Positions 49,666-60,122 of a stretch of 64,000 bases of DNA are shown here, one piece after another (the stretch's first letter is position 1; every line of letters starts with the position of its first letter). A program made the translations under genes and the position numbers. Below the pieces are notes generated by a model. That model was not told where the DNA came from. It saw only the letters and a program-made list of their open reading frames with translations, and made no database searches. The stretch comes from Candidatus Krumholzibacteriia bacterium. GTDB lineage: Bacteria > Krumholzibacteriota > Krumholzibacteriia > Krumholzibacteriales > Krumholzibacteriaceae. The stretch lies in contig CAWIIQ010000001.1 of NCBI GenBank assembly GCA_963836185.1, forward strand, positions 1,408,001 to 1,472,000, read 5' to 3'.

Positions 49666-50029
49666 ATGTTCGAGATCAATCCCGAATGTAGTAGCCATCA
49701 GTATCCCGATAATTTTCGTGCTCGGCGCTATCGCCGTCACAATCACCGCCCTGATACTGGACTCGAGCCGGAAGGACCGCAAGCACAAGGAGAGGCTTCT
49801 GGCTATGGAGAAGGGTATTGAACTGCCCGAAGAGCCTATCAAGACAAGTCCGCCGAGGTACCTCGCCATGAGAGCCTGGGGGTTCGTCTTTACATTCATC
49901 GGTATCGCGACAGTCATAGGGATCACGGCGGAAGAAGGTTTACAGCACGGGCTCTGGGGCCTGATGCCGCTGAGCATCGGTGCCGCGCTTCTCGTCGCCG
50001 CTTTCCTGGAGAAAAAAGAGATTTCCTGA
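49666..50029 (+). CDS. DUF6249-like small membrane protein (indel near the 5' end)
   Basis: Strong RBS AGGAGG; TM helix, HKERLLAMEKG, two more TM helices. Confidence 0.75.
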
Positions 50030-50117
50030 GAGCGTTCCGGATACGTTCGCCACACGGGGGCCGGGGTTTGACACTCCGGCCCTCTTTCTGTATCCTCGGC
50101 AGCAGGAGGGTTTCCCG

Positions 50118-51612
50118 ATGAACAGTAGGAACTTGTTTATACTTGCCGCTGGCCGCGGTCATAGCTGCTGTCGGGCTGCCTCGTCAAACGCCTCGAAGAG
50201 CCGGTAGTCATCGATCCCTCTGCAGGCCGCGCATCTTTTCCCTGCTGCGTCCTCGACAATCATAACGGCAGGATCATTCATGTCGAATTCGAGCCGCGCA
50301 GCAATCGATCTCGTCTCCCTGAGCGAGGATGCCATCGACAAGTCGACGATGATCTTCTGGCACGGCGGCTCAGGCGCGATGATCGATTCATTTACAAATA
50401 TCAACAATGCCGACGGGGACGTCGAATTCAGCGAACACGGAAAGACGATCGGCATCGGAAGCATGACGCTCTTTCTTCTCGACTCGGAGAATTTCCGGCT
50501 TCTCAGGACGTTCGAGGCGGAGTCGTACGAATTCCAGAAGGTCATAGACCTCGAGTTCGGCGGCTTCGAATGGCCGTTCGCGACAAAGAGATATACAGTC
50601 GAAACGAGGTTCCGAAGGGTGACCTCGCTGTCGTTCTCTCCTGACGTAAGGTATGTAGCTTCCGGGCACGAGAACGGACAGGTCAAGATCTGGGAGATAA
50701 AGAGCGGGGATCTGCTCAACGTCATCTGGGCGACGAAGGTCTTCGGAGGGATAATCGATGTCGAATTCAGCCCTGACGGCAGGTTCATCGTCGCCTGTCA
50801 GGATGACGAGCGCCTGAGAGTGTGGCGCTTTCCTGATTTCCGAGAGAGGTTCCTGGTCGGCCATGAGAGGGCCGTATATGCCATCGATTTCGATCCTGTA
50901 ACGGGCCACCTCGTCTCGGCCGGGGTCGAGGGTTGTGTGAGGATCTGGGATATCGAGACGGGGGAGGCACTGGGGAAGATAGAGGCCCACGAAAAGGCGA
51001 TCATGGCAGTCGTGGTCACACGAGGATGGAAAGACGCTGTTCACGGGGAGCAAGGATAATACGATAGGTATCTGGGAACTGGATACGGGGCGCCTGATCG
51101 ACCAGATTTACGGTCACAAGAAACAGGTCAACTCGGTCGCAGTAAATGAAAACGCGACACTGCTGGCGAGCGGGAGCGACGATGGAACGGTGCGTATCTG
51201 GGATATCTCCAGCATGGGCCTGTGCGACAATATAACCCTTACCCCTGAGCCGGACTTCCCCGCGAAACTGGATGGAGAGGTATGGTTCGAGGATGATTCT
51301 GGTGACGGTGTGCTGTCGCCGGGCGAGAAAGGGAGATTCAAGCTGACTGTCTCGAATGTCGGGGAGGGGGCGGCATTTAACATCGTTACACTGGCGATAC
51401 CTGACACCCTTCCAGCGGGCCTTGAGATAGAGACGCCCGAGGTCATCCGGATGCTTCTTCCCGGCAGGTCGACAGGGCAGCTGGTCAGCCTCGAGAACCT
51501 CGGAGATGAGGAGATAGTCGATATCGTATTTACATTCAGGATACTGGAATCAAACGGATTTCACATAAATCCGCCCCTCAAATCATCGATTACTCGCATT
51601 CAGATTCGGTAG
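50118..51612 (+). CDS. WD40-repeat exported protein with C-terminal Ig-like domain (several indels)
   Basis: WD repeats (FSPD..YVASG...G.VKIWE, GHERAVYAIDF, VRIWD, GHKKQVNSVA); C-terminal DDSGDGVLSPGE....LTVSNVGEG.A. Confidence 0.8.
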
Positions 51613-51711
51613 CGATACGGCTTACGACTAACTGGTATAATAATAACAAGATATCTATTATGTTGAGGATGCGGCCTGATCGTCTGTAGGTTGTTCTGCC
51701 TATGAATAATC

Positions 51712-51740
51712 TGGAAATACCGTTGTTGGTATGCTATAAT
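51712..51740 (+). promoter_or_regulatory. sigma70 extended -10 promoter
   Basis: TGGAAA-N17-TATAAT with TG at -15/-14. Confidence 0.55.
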
Positions 51741-51880
51741 CCGGTCACATATCAGGGATCAAAATGATCCCGTCTCTGTCTGGAACCCGGGGAACGGCGT
51801 TCGCAGCCTTTCCTTGAGATATTCATCCGAGTCCGCGGGTCCATACCGGTCATCCGGCAGGTACCCAGGGAGGGAACAGC

Positions 51881-52534
51881 ATGAGCTTGACTAGAGTACT
51901 GGTTGCGGCCGCAATCGCCCTTTCAATCCCAGCCCTCGCTTCGGGGGAGATAACAACGAGCCATATAGCATCTGACGCTGAACTGGTAGCGATGCTGTCC
52001 GACACGATGTTCGTCTCGGAAGGAAGGATAGGCGATCTAGGCGGCGCCGCTACGTTCGAGCTCGATCTCGGCCAGGATACCGGGGCGCCGTTTGTGTCGG
52101 CTCAGTACGCGTGGCAGAGTGGAGTAGTCGAACCCTTCATGATCACGTACGATGCAGGAACCAGTCTGGTTACATTTACACTCGGAGGGGTGACGCTCAA
52201 CTACAATACCCCGTGGTTCGATTTCGACCAGGTCTTCGTCAGGACGAGGGCCGTAAACGAGGGTAGCTCGGTGATGGTAAGCGACATCGTCATCGACGGG
52301 GAGAGCGTGATGGATCAGTCGCAGGCGGTCGGAAACGGCCTCGATAACCTCTGGATACAGGGAGCGATGCTGAACGACGGTTTCACCCTCACGGGAAACG
52401 CCGTCCTGTCCTGGACCGGGGCTGCGCCGACGCAGTCGCGTCTCGCCTTCCAGGTCAAGGTAGGAAAGCTCGGAATCGTTTCCACGGAGGAAAGCAGCTG
52501 GAGCGAGATAAAGAAGAGCTCCAGCATCGATTGA
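51881..52534 (+). CDS. Secreted protein resembling choice-of-anchor W domain proteins, with C-terminal SWSEIKK tail
   Basis: Signal peptide; EGRIG.....TFELDL, W.SG....F.ITYD, TLTG...LSW, SRLAFQVKV (domain recognised from memory, not searched). Confidence 0.65.
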   Translation: MSLTRVLVAAAIALSIPALASGEITTSHIASDAELVAMLSDTMFVSEGRIGDLGGAATFELDLGQDTGAPFVSAQYAWQSGVVEPFMITYDAGTSLVTFTLGGVTLNYNTPWFDFDQVFVRTRAVNEGSSVMVSDIVIDGESVMDQSQAVGNGLDNLWIQGAMLNDGFTLTGNAVLSWTGAAPTQSRLAFQVKVGKLGIVSTEESSWSEIKKSSSID

Positions 52535-52560
52535 CATTTCCGATATCGCCTGGATCCATC

Positions 52561-52591
52561 AAAGGGGCCGCATCACGCGGTCCCTTTTTTT
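52561..52591 (+). terminator. Intrinsic terminator
   Basis: AAAGGGGCCGC-ATCAC-GCGGTCCCTTT plus T-tract. Confidence 0.75.
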
Positions 52592-52698
52592 ATTGAAGGC
52601 CGAAGCGGTGACACGGTATAGTATGGCAGTCGCGCGGGCGGTCGGTACCGTGCCGGGCGGGGTGGAACGTTTTCCGTGTGGATGATGAAGGGAGGAAG

Positions 52699-53340
52699 AT
52701 GATGAGGAGGATGTTCCGTTTCTTTTATTGCCTCTGCGTGATCCTCGCCGCTACAGCGGCACTTACGGGGATTTCCGATGGACAGGTCCTTATCAACGAG
52801 TACATGCCTGACCCGGCCAGGGACTGGGACGGTGATGGCGAGTACGACTATCGCAGTGACGAATGGGTAGAGATCGTGAACACAGGCGACTCGGCAGTCG
52901 ATCTGAGCGCTTTTCTGCTCAGGGACGGTGGAGACCAGGTCCTCTGGAGGTACGGATTTTCCGGTGAGCTTGCTCCCGGGGAGACCAGGATTGTCTACGG
53001 GAGCGACGCTCTCGCATGGGAGGAAGCCAACGAGTTCCCCTCATACGGGCTCAGTCTCAATAATGCCGGCGACGAGATATTTCTCTGCCATATCGTCGAG
53101 GCCGAGACGCTCGTGGTGGACAGTTCCGCTTATGGAAGGAGCGCCGTCGATGACAGGTCGATCGGCAGAACAGTCGCCGACAGCAGTGTCTGGGCGATAT
53201 ACGATGCATGGAATCCCTGCTCGGACAGCTGCTCTCCGGATGGGAACGGCTGCATACCCACGCCTGGCGGGGTGAACGACTGTACGACCGCGGGCGCTCA
53301 GCAGAGCTGGGGTTCGATCAAGATGATCAAGAGGAGGTAG
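52699..53340 (+). CDS. Secreted lamin-tail-domain protein with C-terminal SWGSIK tail
   Basis: VLINEYMPDP..DWDGDG....DEWVEIVN.G...VDLS, LNNAGD, PTPG..N. Confidence 0.85.
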   Translation: MMRRMFRFFYCLCVILAATAALTGISDGQVLINEYMPDPARDWDGDGEYDYRSDEWVEIVNTGDSAVDLSAFLLRDGGDQVLWRYGFSGELAPGETRIVYGSDALAWEEANEFPSYGLSLNNAGDEIFLCHIVEAETLVVDSSAYGRSAVDDRSIGRTVADSSVWAIYDAWNPCSDSCSPDGNGCIPTPGGVNDCTTAGAQQSWGSIKMIKRR

Positions 53341-53451
53341 GCCCGCGGGCCGGCCCCGCCGAATAAATATGAAGATGTTCCATCCCCCCGGCGGCCGGCC
53401 CTGCTTCCTTTTCCGTTTACCCTCGCTCCTCCGTGTGCTAGCGTTTGAGAT

Positions 53452-55185
53452 ATGAAGGATTCAGATAAACAGGAAACAGGTACCGTGCTTCCAGGCAGGT
53501 ACGATGACGAGGTCATCAACCGCTGCTGGGAATATCTCGAGTGCAAGAACTCGGACTGTCCCGCGTACGGCCAGGATGAATCTCCCTGCTGGGAGGTCAC
53601 CGGCCACCGGTGCGGGGACAGGGTATTCGCGCGTCTCGAGGAGAAGCTGATCCAGTGCTGTTTCAAGTGCCCGTTCTTCAAGCAGCTCAAGGAAAGGGTC
53701 AAGGGGCGCAGGTGGGCTGATATTACACTGCTCGAGACGCTCGAGGATGCCCTCATCAGATCTTCGAAGTATTCCACCAAGGTCGAGGACCTCTACATGG
53801 AGGTCATCAGGCGCAGCAAGCTGATGAACCTTCTCGGCGAGGTAAGCAAGATAATCGCGAGGCTCGACAAGGAGGAGGATATCATCCTCGCCATCCTGAC
53901 CGTCACAACGGCACGGGAGGGACTGGGATTCAACAGGGCTTTCGCATTCCTTCGGGGCCAGGAATACAATCTCCTGCGCGGCAAGTACGCCCTGGGGCCT
54001 TCATCGCCCGAGGAGGCCGAGTCGATCTGGAAGATCCTCGACAAGGACAGCGACGCCTCTCTCGAGAAGCTGGTCAGCAAGGGCCAGAAGCTGCATTACC
54101 TGAGAAACAGTCCCCTCACGAAGATAACGCGGCGATATGCCATTTCACTCGATGACGAGGAAGGGATGATAGCTACCGGGATGAGCGAGGTCCGGTTCAT
54201 CTCGGGCAGGGATCTCAAGTCGGCAGGAGACCGGGAGATCGCCAGCGCCCTGGGCCTCGAGGACTTCTGCATAATCCCGATAGCCACGGTCGAGGACAGG
54301 CTGGGCCTGCTTATCGTCGATAATATCTTCACTGGCAAGGAAGTGACGGCCGAGGATGCGCATCTTTTAGAGATGGTTGTAAGTCACGCTACAACATCAC
54401 TTCGCGCGGCGCAGTTAAAGGAATCTCTAGGCAAGAATGTGGAGAGCCTCAAGGCCACTCACAGGAAACTCAAGGCGAACGAGGAGAGGATGCTCAGGGC
54501 CGAAAGGCTCGCTATCTCCGGAGAACTGACTTCCTCCGTCCTCCACGAGATCAAGAATCCGCTCGTCGCTATAGGCGGATTCGCCAGGAGTCTGTGGGAG
54601 AACGGGAAATTCGCCGAAAAGGACCGTGAAAAGGTCGAAATAATCATGAACGAGGCGCAGAGACTCGAGACTTATCTCGGCAGCCTGCAGTCGAACGTGA
54701 GCAGGCTGAAGATCGAGGACAGCGATATAAACCAGATAGTCGACGATGTCTGTCAGCTGATGCAGAATGAATTCTCGGAGCGCAACATCGAGCTTCGAAA
54801 GAGTTTGGCGCCCGGACTGCCCGGCTGCAGGATCGACCAGGTGAAGCTCCACGAGGCATTTCTGAACATCCTGACGAACGCCTCCGAGGCGATCGGAAAG
54901 GACGGCCGTGTCGTGGTAAGGACCTGGACTGACACCGCCGAGGGGCTCCTGCACATAGAGTTGACCGACAACGGAGGGGGGATCCCGAAGGAGAGGATCT
55001 CCAGGATCTTCATTCCGTTCTTTACTACGAAGGAATCCGGCTCCGGGCTGGGGCTCGCCTTCGTCCACAGGATCGTCCGTGATCACGGGGGGAATATCTC
55101 GGTCACGAGCAAGATGGGCAAGGGAACGACATTTATCATAACGCTTCCCGCCTATCCCCGCGAAGAGGCCGCTGCGCCCTCCTGA
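53452..55185 (+). CDS. Cytoplasmic sensor histidine kinase: Cys-rich two-CW domain, GAF, HisKA, HATPase
   Basis: CWEYLEC...CPAY...CWEVTG.RC...CCFKC; GLGFNRA; HEIKNPL..IGGFA; N box LNILTNA; DNGGGI, FFTTK..GSGLGL. Confidence 0.9.
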   Translation: MKDSDKQETGTVLPGRYDDEVINRCWEYLECKNSDCPAYGQDESPCWEVTGHRCGDRVFARLEEKLIQCCFKCPFFKQLKERVKGRRWADITLLETLEDALIRSSKYSTKVEDLYMEVIRRSKLMNLLGEVSKIIARLDKEEDIILAILTVTTAREGLGFNRAFAFLRGQEYNLLRGKYALGPSSPEEAESIWKILDKDSDASLEKLVSKGQKLHYLRNSPLTKITRRYAISLDDEEGMIATGMSEVRFISGRDLKSAGDREIASALGLEDFCIIPIATVEDRLGLLIVDNIFTGKEVTAEDAHLLEMVVSHATTSLRAAQLKESLGKNVESLKATHRKLKANEERMLRAERLAISGELTSSVLHEIKNPLVAIGGFARSLWENGKFAEKDREKVEIIMNEAQRLETYLGSLQSNVSRLKIEDSDINQIVDDVCQLMQNEFSERNIELRKSLAPGLPGCRIDQVKLHEAFLNILTNASEAIGKDGRVVVRTWTDTAEGLLHIELTDNGGGIPKERISRIFIPFFTTKESGSGLGLAFVHRIVRDHGGNISVTSKMGKGTTFIITLPAYPREEAAAPS

Positions 55186-55192
55186 ACCCGTA

Positions 55193-55221
55193 TTGACAAA
55201 TCATCCGTCATCGGATAATCT
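55193..55221 (+). promoter_or_regulatory. sigma70-type promoter of the B12/mutase operon
   Basis: TTGACA-N17-TAATCT. Confidence 0.55.
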
Positions 55222-55278
55222 TCCCTTTCTACCGGCGAACTGCCGGAGGTCCGCCGGGCATTCAGATGAAAGGTCCTG

Positions 55279-55803
55279 ATGAGCGAGGGAAAGGGAATCG
55301 TCATGCTCTTCACCGGGGACGGCAAGGGCAAGACTACGGCCGCCGTCGGAGCCGCGGTCAGGGCCGCCGGGCACGGGGCTGATGTTCTGATCATCCAGTT
55401 CATGAAGGGAAGGCTCTACGGGGAGCTTGCCGCCGTCGATAAGATCGACAACCTCAGGATAGAGCAGCACGGGAGGGACGAGTTCGTCGACCCGAAGGAT
55501 CCCGAGAAGATAGATATCGAGCTGGCGGAGAAAGGCTGGGCGAGGGCGCTGGAGGCGGTCTCCTCAGGTCCGCCGTCGCTGCTCGTACTCGACGAGATAA
55601 ATGTAGCGGTATCGTTCGGGCTCATTCCGCTCGAGGAAGTCGTACGATTCGTTCGGGAACGGCCCGATGGGATGGACATGATACTCACGGGAAGGTATGC
55701 GGCTCCCGAACTGATCGATATCGCCGATACGGTCACGGAGATGAAAGAGATCAAACATCACTACAACGCAGGCGTTCAGATGAGGAAGGGCATAGAGTAC
55801 TGA
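55279..55803 (+). CDS. cobO: Cob(I)alamin adenosyltransferase, CobO/BtuR type
   Basis: TGDGKGKTTAA.G..VRA.GHG, QFMKG, VLDEIN, LTGR, KH.Y..G....KGIEY. Confidence 0.93.
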   Translation: MSEGKGIVMLFTGDGKGKTTAAVGAAVRAAGHGADVLIIQFMKGRLYGELAAVDKIDNLRIEQHGRDEFVDPKDPEKIDIELAEKGWARALEAVSSGPPSLLVLDEINVAVSFGLIPLEEVVRFVRERPDGMDMILTGRYAAPELIDIADTVTEMKEIKHHYNAGVQMRKGIEY

Positions 55804-55805
55804 CG

Positions 55806-56771
55806 ATGCGCGGACGTCCCGATATCGAGAGGCTGCTCGAACTCTTTGCCGAGGGAAAGGTAGCCGCTGCTGCGCGCCTGATCACTATCCTTGAGGATGG
55901 CGGGGAGGATGCCGAGCGCGTTCTCGACAGCGTCTTCCATAAGACGGGCAGCGCGTACAGGATAGGTTTTACCGGCCCTCCGGGAGCAGGCAAGAGTTCA
56001 CTGCTCAACAGGATCACCGCAAAGTTCCGCGAGAAGGATCACAGGATAGGTATCATAGCTATCGACCCAACGAGCCCATTTACCGGCGGGGCCCTTCTCG
56101 GAGACAGGATAAGGATGCAGGCTCATTCGGAGGATCCCGAAGTCTTTGTCCGAAGCCTCGCGAGCAGGGGAGCCCTCGGAGGGATATCGAACTGTACCGA
56201 TGAAGTCGTCGACCTGATGGACGCTTTCGGCAAGGACCTCGTAATGATAGAGACTGTGGGCGTCGGCCAGTCTGAACTCGAGATCTCGGAGAAGGCGCAC
56301 ACCGTGGTGGTAGTGCTCGTCCCCGAGTCGGGCGACGGGATCCAGGCGATGAAAGCCGGGCTGATGGAGATCGGCGACATCTTCGTGATGAACAAGGCCG
56401 ATCACGATGACGCAGAAAGCGCAGCGAGAGAGATACAGGATACTCTTAGATTGAAGGATATCCCCGAAGGTGACTGGGAGCCGAGGGTCGTTCTTACTTC
56501 GGCCCGGGAGGAGACGGGGATAGGCGAACTTATAGATGTCATAGAGGAGCACCGCCGCCATCTGGAGGAGGGCGGACATTTTGCCAGCATGAGAAAGAAG
56601 ATACTGCGCTCGAGGGTCCGCAATGCCCTGATGGACAGGATGGAAAGGCGGCTTCGCGCAAGCGTCAAGGTAAGAGCGCTGGTAGAGCAGCGGATGGAAT
56701 CTGTGTACAAGGGTGAAATATCCCCTTACAAGGTCGTCAGGGAACTCGAGGAACTCGTCAACATACAGTGA
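55806..56771 (+). CDS. meaB: MeaB/ArgK G-protein chaperone of B12 mutases
   Basis: GFTGPPGAGKS, DPTSPFTGGALLGDRIRM, ETVGVGQSE, GDGIQAMKAG, NKAD. Confidence 0.95.
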   Translation: MRGRPDIERLLELFAEGKVAAAARLITILEDGGEDAERVLDSVFHKTGSAYRIGFTGPPGAGKSSLLNRITAKFREKDHRIGIIAIDPTSPFTGGALLGDRIRMQAHSEDPEVFVRSLASRGALGGISNCTDEVVDLMDAFGKDLVMIETVGVGQSELEISEKAHTVVVVLVPESGDGIQAMKAGLMEIGDIFVMNKADHDDAESAAREIQDTLRLKDIPEGDWEPRVVLTSAREETGIGELIDVIEEHRRHLEEGGHFASMRKKILRSRVRNALMDRMERRLRASVKVRALVEQRMESVYKGEISPYKVVRELEELVNIQ

Positions 56772-56792
56772 CCGGCGGGAGAAGAAGAGAAG

Positions 56793-58448
56793 ATGGACAG
56801 GAAAAAATACGACGATGAAAAGAAGAAGTTCGAGGAGACACTTTCCGGGTGCGGGTGCCAGGATATCGAGTTCACTACGGTATCGGGTGAACCGGTAGGA
56901 GAGATCTATACACCCGATGAGATCGAGGGATTCGACTACAACGAAAAACTCGGATTTCCCGGCCAGTATCCCTACACGAGGGGCGTCTACCCGAACATGT
57001 ACCGGGGACGCATGTGGACGCAGCGGCAGTTCGCCGGGTTCGGAACGGCGAAGGACACAAACGGCAGGTACCACTATCTGCTCGACCATGGCCAGACCGG
57101 GCTCTCGGTCGCCTTCGACATGCCGACGATCATGGGCTACGACTCGGATCACAAACGCTCGGAGGGAGAGGTCGGCAGGTGCGGCGTGGCGATAGATTCG
57201 CTCAGGGATATGGAGATCCTCTTCGACGGGATCGACCTCGGGGTGATCACGACATCTATGACGATAAACGCTCCCGCCTCGATACTGCTCGCCTTCTATC
57301 TATGCGCCGGCGAGAAGAAGGGGACATCGCTGGACAGGATGGGCGGCACTATCCAGAACGACATACTCAAGGAGTACATCGCACAGAAGTCGTGGATATT
57401 TCCTCCCGAGGAGTCGATGAGGATAATCACGAATATCCTCGCTTTCTGTTCCGACCATGTTCCGAGGTGGAACACGATATCGATCAGCGGTTACCACATC
57501 CGCGAAGCGGGCTCGACGGCGATACAGGAACTGGCATTCACGCTGGCCGACGGATTCGCTTACGTCGAGGCCGGGATAGCGACGGGGCTGGATGTCGACA
57601 AGTTCGCGCCGAGGCTCTCGTTCTTCTTCAACTCGCATCTCGATTTCTTCGAGGAGATCGTAAAATACCGGGCCGCCCGAAGGATCTGGGCGAAGAGGAT
57701 GAAGGAGAAGTACGGAGCGAAGGATCCGAAATCGATGCTGCTGAGGTTCCATACGCAGACTGCCGGGTGCACGCTGACCGCGCAGCAGCCCGAGAACAAT
57801 ATAGTAAGGACAGCCTTCCAGGGCATGTCGGCCGTGCTGGGAGGGACGCAGTCTCTGCACACGAACTCGATGGATGAGACACTGGCTCTGCCGTCTGAGA
57901 AGGCTGTGATGATAGCGCTGCGCACGCAGCAGATCATCGCTCACGAGACCGGAGTTATCAATACGATCGATCCACTCGCCGGGAGTTATTTCATCGAGGC
58001 GCGCACCGACGAGATGGAGGAGGCGGCGGAGGCCTACTTCAGCAAGATCGACGAGCTCGGCGGTGTCGTCAAGGCTATCGACAAGGGATTCTTCCAGAGG
58101 GAGATCCAGAAATCGGCATACGAGTATCAGAAAGCAGTCGAGGCGGGCCGCAAGATCATCGTGGGGCTCAACCGCTTCGGTCTTGAGAACGAAGAGATAG
58201 ATATCCCGCTCCTGAGGATAGACGAAGAGGTCGAGAGGCAGCAGAAGAAGGCGGTCCACGATACGCGCTCCAGCCGTGACAACGACAAGGTGGCCAGGGA
58301 GCTCGAGCGCCTCAAGGCCGCTGCCGAGGGTACGGATAACCTCATGCCGGTCATAATCGACTGCGCGCGCTGCTACGCGACAGAGGGAGAGATAATAGAG
58401 ACGCTAAAGGGAGTATTCGGCGAATACAAGGAGCCGCTTTTCATATAA
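56793..58448 (+). CDS. icmA: Acyl-CoA mutase large subunit with isobutyryl-CoA mutase signature
   Basis: [17 protein letters not shown] (Phe at the MCM Tyr89 position), [12 protein letters not shown] (Gln at the MCM Arg207 position), [11 protein letters not shown]. Confidence 0.8.
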   Translation: MDRKKYDDEKKKFEETLSGCGCQDIEFTTVSGEPVGEIYTPDEIEGFDYNEKLGFPGQYPYTRGVYPNMYRGRMWTQRQFAGFGTAKDTNGRYHYLLDHGQTGLSVAFDMPTIMGYDSDHKRSEGEVGRCGVAIDSLRDMEILFDGIDLGVITTSMTINAPASILLAFYLCAGEKKGTSLDRMGGTIQNDILKEYIAQKSWIFPPEESMRIITNILAFCSDHVPRWNTISISGYHIREAGSTAIQELAFTLADGFAYVEAGIATGLDVDKFAPRLSFFFNSHLDFFEEIVKYRAARRIWAKRMKEKYGAKDPKSMLLRFHTQTAGCTLTAQQPENNIVRTAFQGMSAVLGGTQSLHTNSMDETLALPSEKAVMIALRTQQIIAHETGVINTIDPLAGSYFIEARTDEMEEAAEAYFSKIDELGGVVKAIDKGFFQREIQKSAYEYQKAVEAGRKIIVGLNRFGLENEEIDIPLLRIDEEVERQQKKAVHDTRSSRDNDKVARELERLKAAAEGTDNLMPVIIDCARCYATEGEIIETLKGVFGEYKEPLFI

Positions 58449-58478
58449 CGGGCAGCGTGCCCGGAGGAGGATTCCGAG

Positions 58479-58877
58479 ATGGCGAGAAAAGTCAGGGTGC
58501 TCGTGGCGAAACCCGGACTGGACGGACACGACAGGGGCGCGAAGGTCGTCGCCAACGCACTCAAGGATGCCGGTATGGAGATCATCTACACGGGGCTGCA
58601 CCAGACGCCAGAGATGATAGCCGAATCGGCCGTCCAGGAGGATGTCGACGTAGTAGGCCTGAGCATACTGTCGGGAGCACACATGACGATGTTTCCGAGG
58701 GTGATGGAACTGATCAGGGAAAAGGGAGCGGAAGACATCGTCGTCTTCGGCGGCGGGATCATCCCGGCCGAGGATGTGGAGAAGCTCGAGGAGATCGGAG
58801 TCGCCCGGATATTCGGTCCGGGAACAGACACCGGTGATATCGTCAAGTTTATAAGAGAGAGATTTCCGGAAGAATAA
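58479..58877 (+). CDS. icmB: Acyl-CoA mutase small B12-binding subunit
   Basis: [12 protein letters not shown] (DxHxxG), [15 protein letters not shown]. Confidence 0.85.
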   Translation: MARKVRVLVAKPGLDGHDRGAKVVANALKDAGMEIIYTGLHQTPEMIAESAVQEDVDVVGLSILSGAHMTMFPRVMELIREKGAEDIVVFGGGIIPAEDVEKLEEIGVARIFGPGTDTGDIVKFIRERFPEE

Positions 58878-58909
58878 ACGCGACTGACATCGCAAGGAAG
58901 GAGCATTCG

Positions 58910-60091
58910 ATGAGCGAAGTCGTAATCGCCGGGGCGGTACGTACAGCACTGGGAAGATTTCAGGGAGGACTGTCCGGTTTCAAGGCGACAGATCTCGGAG
59001 CAATGGTAGTTGCCGAGGCTGTAAAGAGAGCGGGGATCGAGCCATCGGCCGTGACCGAAGTCATCATGGGCAACGTTATAGGTGCGGGGCTCGGCCAGAA
59101 TCCCGCCAGGCAGGCGGCGCTCGGCGCCAAGCTCGATTTTGCAGTTTCGGCCATGACTGTGAACAAGGTCTGCGGCTCGGGGCTCAAGGCCGTGGTGCTC
59201 GGCACCCAGGCTCTCAAGCTCGGTGACGAGGAGGTCGTGGTTGCGGGCGGCATGGAGAGCATGAGCAACGCTCCCTACATCCTCAGGAAGGCAAGGACCG
59301 GCTACAGGCTCGGAGACGGCAAGATCGTCGATACGATGATATACGACGGACTCTGGGATGCTTATAACGATATTCATATGGGGAACACGGGAGAGATCAC
59401 TTCTGAGCGGTATAACGTTCCCCGCGAGGAGATGGACGAGTACGCCTACAACAGCCACCGCAAGGCTGCCGAAGCGGCGGCCAACGGGCTCTTCAAGGAA
59501 GAGATGATGACAGTGGAGATCCCGCAGCGCAAGGGTGACCCTGTAGTCATCGACACCGACGAGGGTGTCAGGGCCGATGCGAGCCCCGAGTCGATGGGTA
59601 AGCTCAAACCCGTTTTCAAGAAGGATGGCGTGATCACCGCCGGTAACGCTTCGCAGCTCAGCGATGGCGCCGCGGCGATGGTCCTGATGACAGATACGAA
59701 GGCCGCCGAGCTCGGCGTCAAGCCGATGGCGAAGGTCACCGGTTACGCGACAGGCGGTCTGGAGCCCGAGCTCGTCATGATGGCTCCCACGATCGCTGTT
59801 CCCAAGCTTCTCGCGAAGACGGGATTGAAGCTCGAGGATTTCGATCTTATCGAGCTCAACGAGGCGTTCGCCGTCCAGCCCTGCGCCGTGATGGCGAACC
59901 TCGGCATGGATCCGGCGAAGGTCAACATACACGGCGGCGCCGTGGCGCTGGGACATCCGATCGGATGCTCGGGTACGCGTATACTTGTGACCCTGCTCTA
60001 CGCTCTCAAGCAGACGGGCGGGAAGAAGGGTCTGGCGACGCTGTGTCTCGGCGGAGGAAACGCCGTGGCGCTGAGCGTGGAGATGCTTTAA
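58910..60091 (+). CDS. Acetyl-CoA C-acetyltransferase (thiolase)
   Basis: [44 protein letters not shown]. Confidence 0.95.
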   Translation: MSEVVIAGAVRTALGRFQGGLSGFKATDLGAMVVAEAVKRAGIEPSAVTEVIMGNVIGAGLGQNPARQAALGAKLDFAVSAMTVNKVCGSGLKAVVLGTQALKLGDEEVVVAGGMESMSNAPYILRKARTGYRLGDGKIVDTMIYDGLWDAYNDIHMGNTGEITSERYNVPREEMDEYAYNSHRKAAEAAANGLFKEEMMTVEIPQRKGDPVVIDTDEGVRADASPESMGKLKPVFKKDGVITAGNASQLSDGAAAMVLMTDTKAAELGVKPMAKVTGYATGGLEPELVMMAPTIAVPKLLAKTGLKLEDFDLIELNEAFAVQPCAVMANLGMDPAKVNIHGGAVALGHPIGCSGTRILVTLLYALKQTGGKKGLATLCLGGGNAVALSVEML

Positions 60092-60122
60092 ATATTTAAC
60101 TCCAGGGAAGGGAGACAGGCTG

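Noticed and set aside
55186-55278. Possible cobalamin riboswitch ahead of cobO
   Set aside because: The leader is only about 55 nt after the promoter and has no B12-box consensus.
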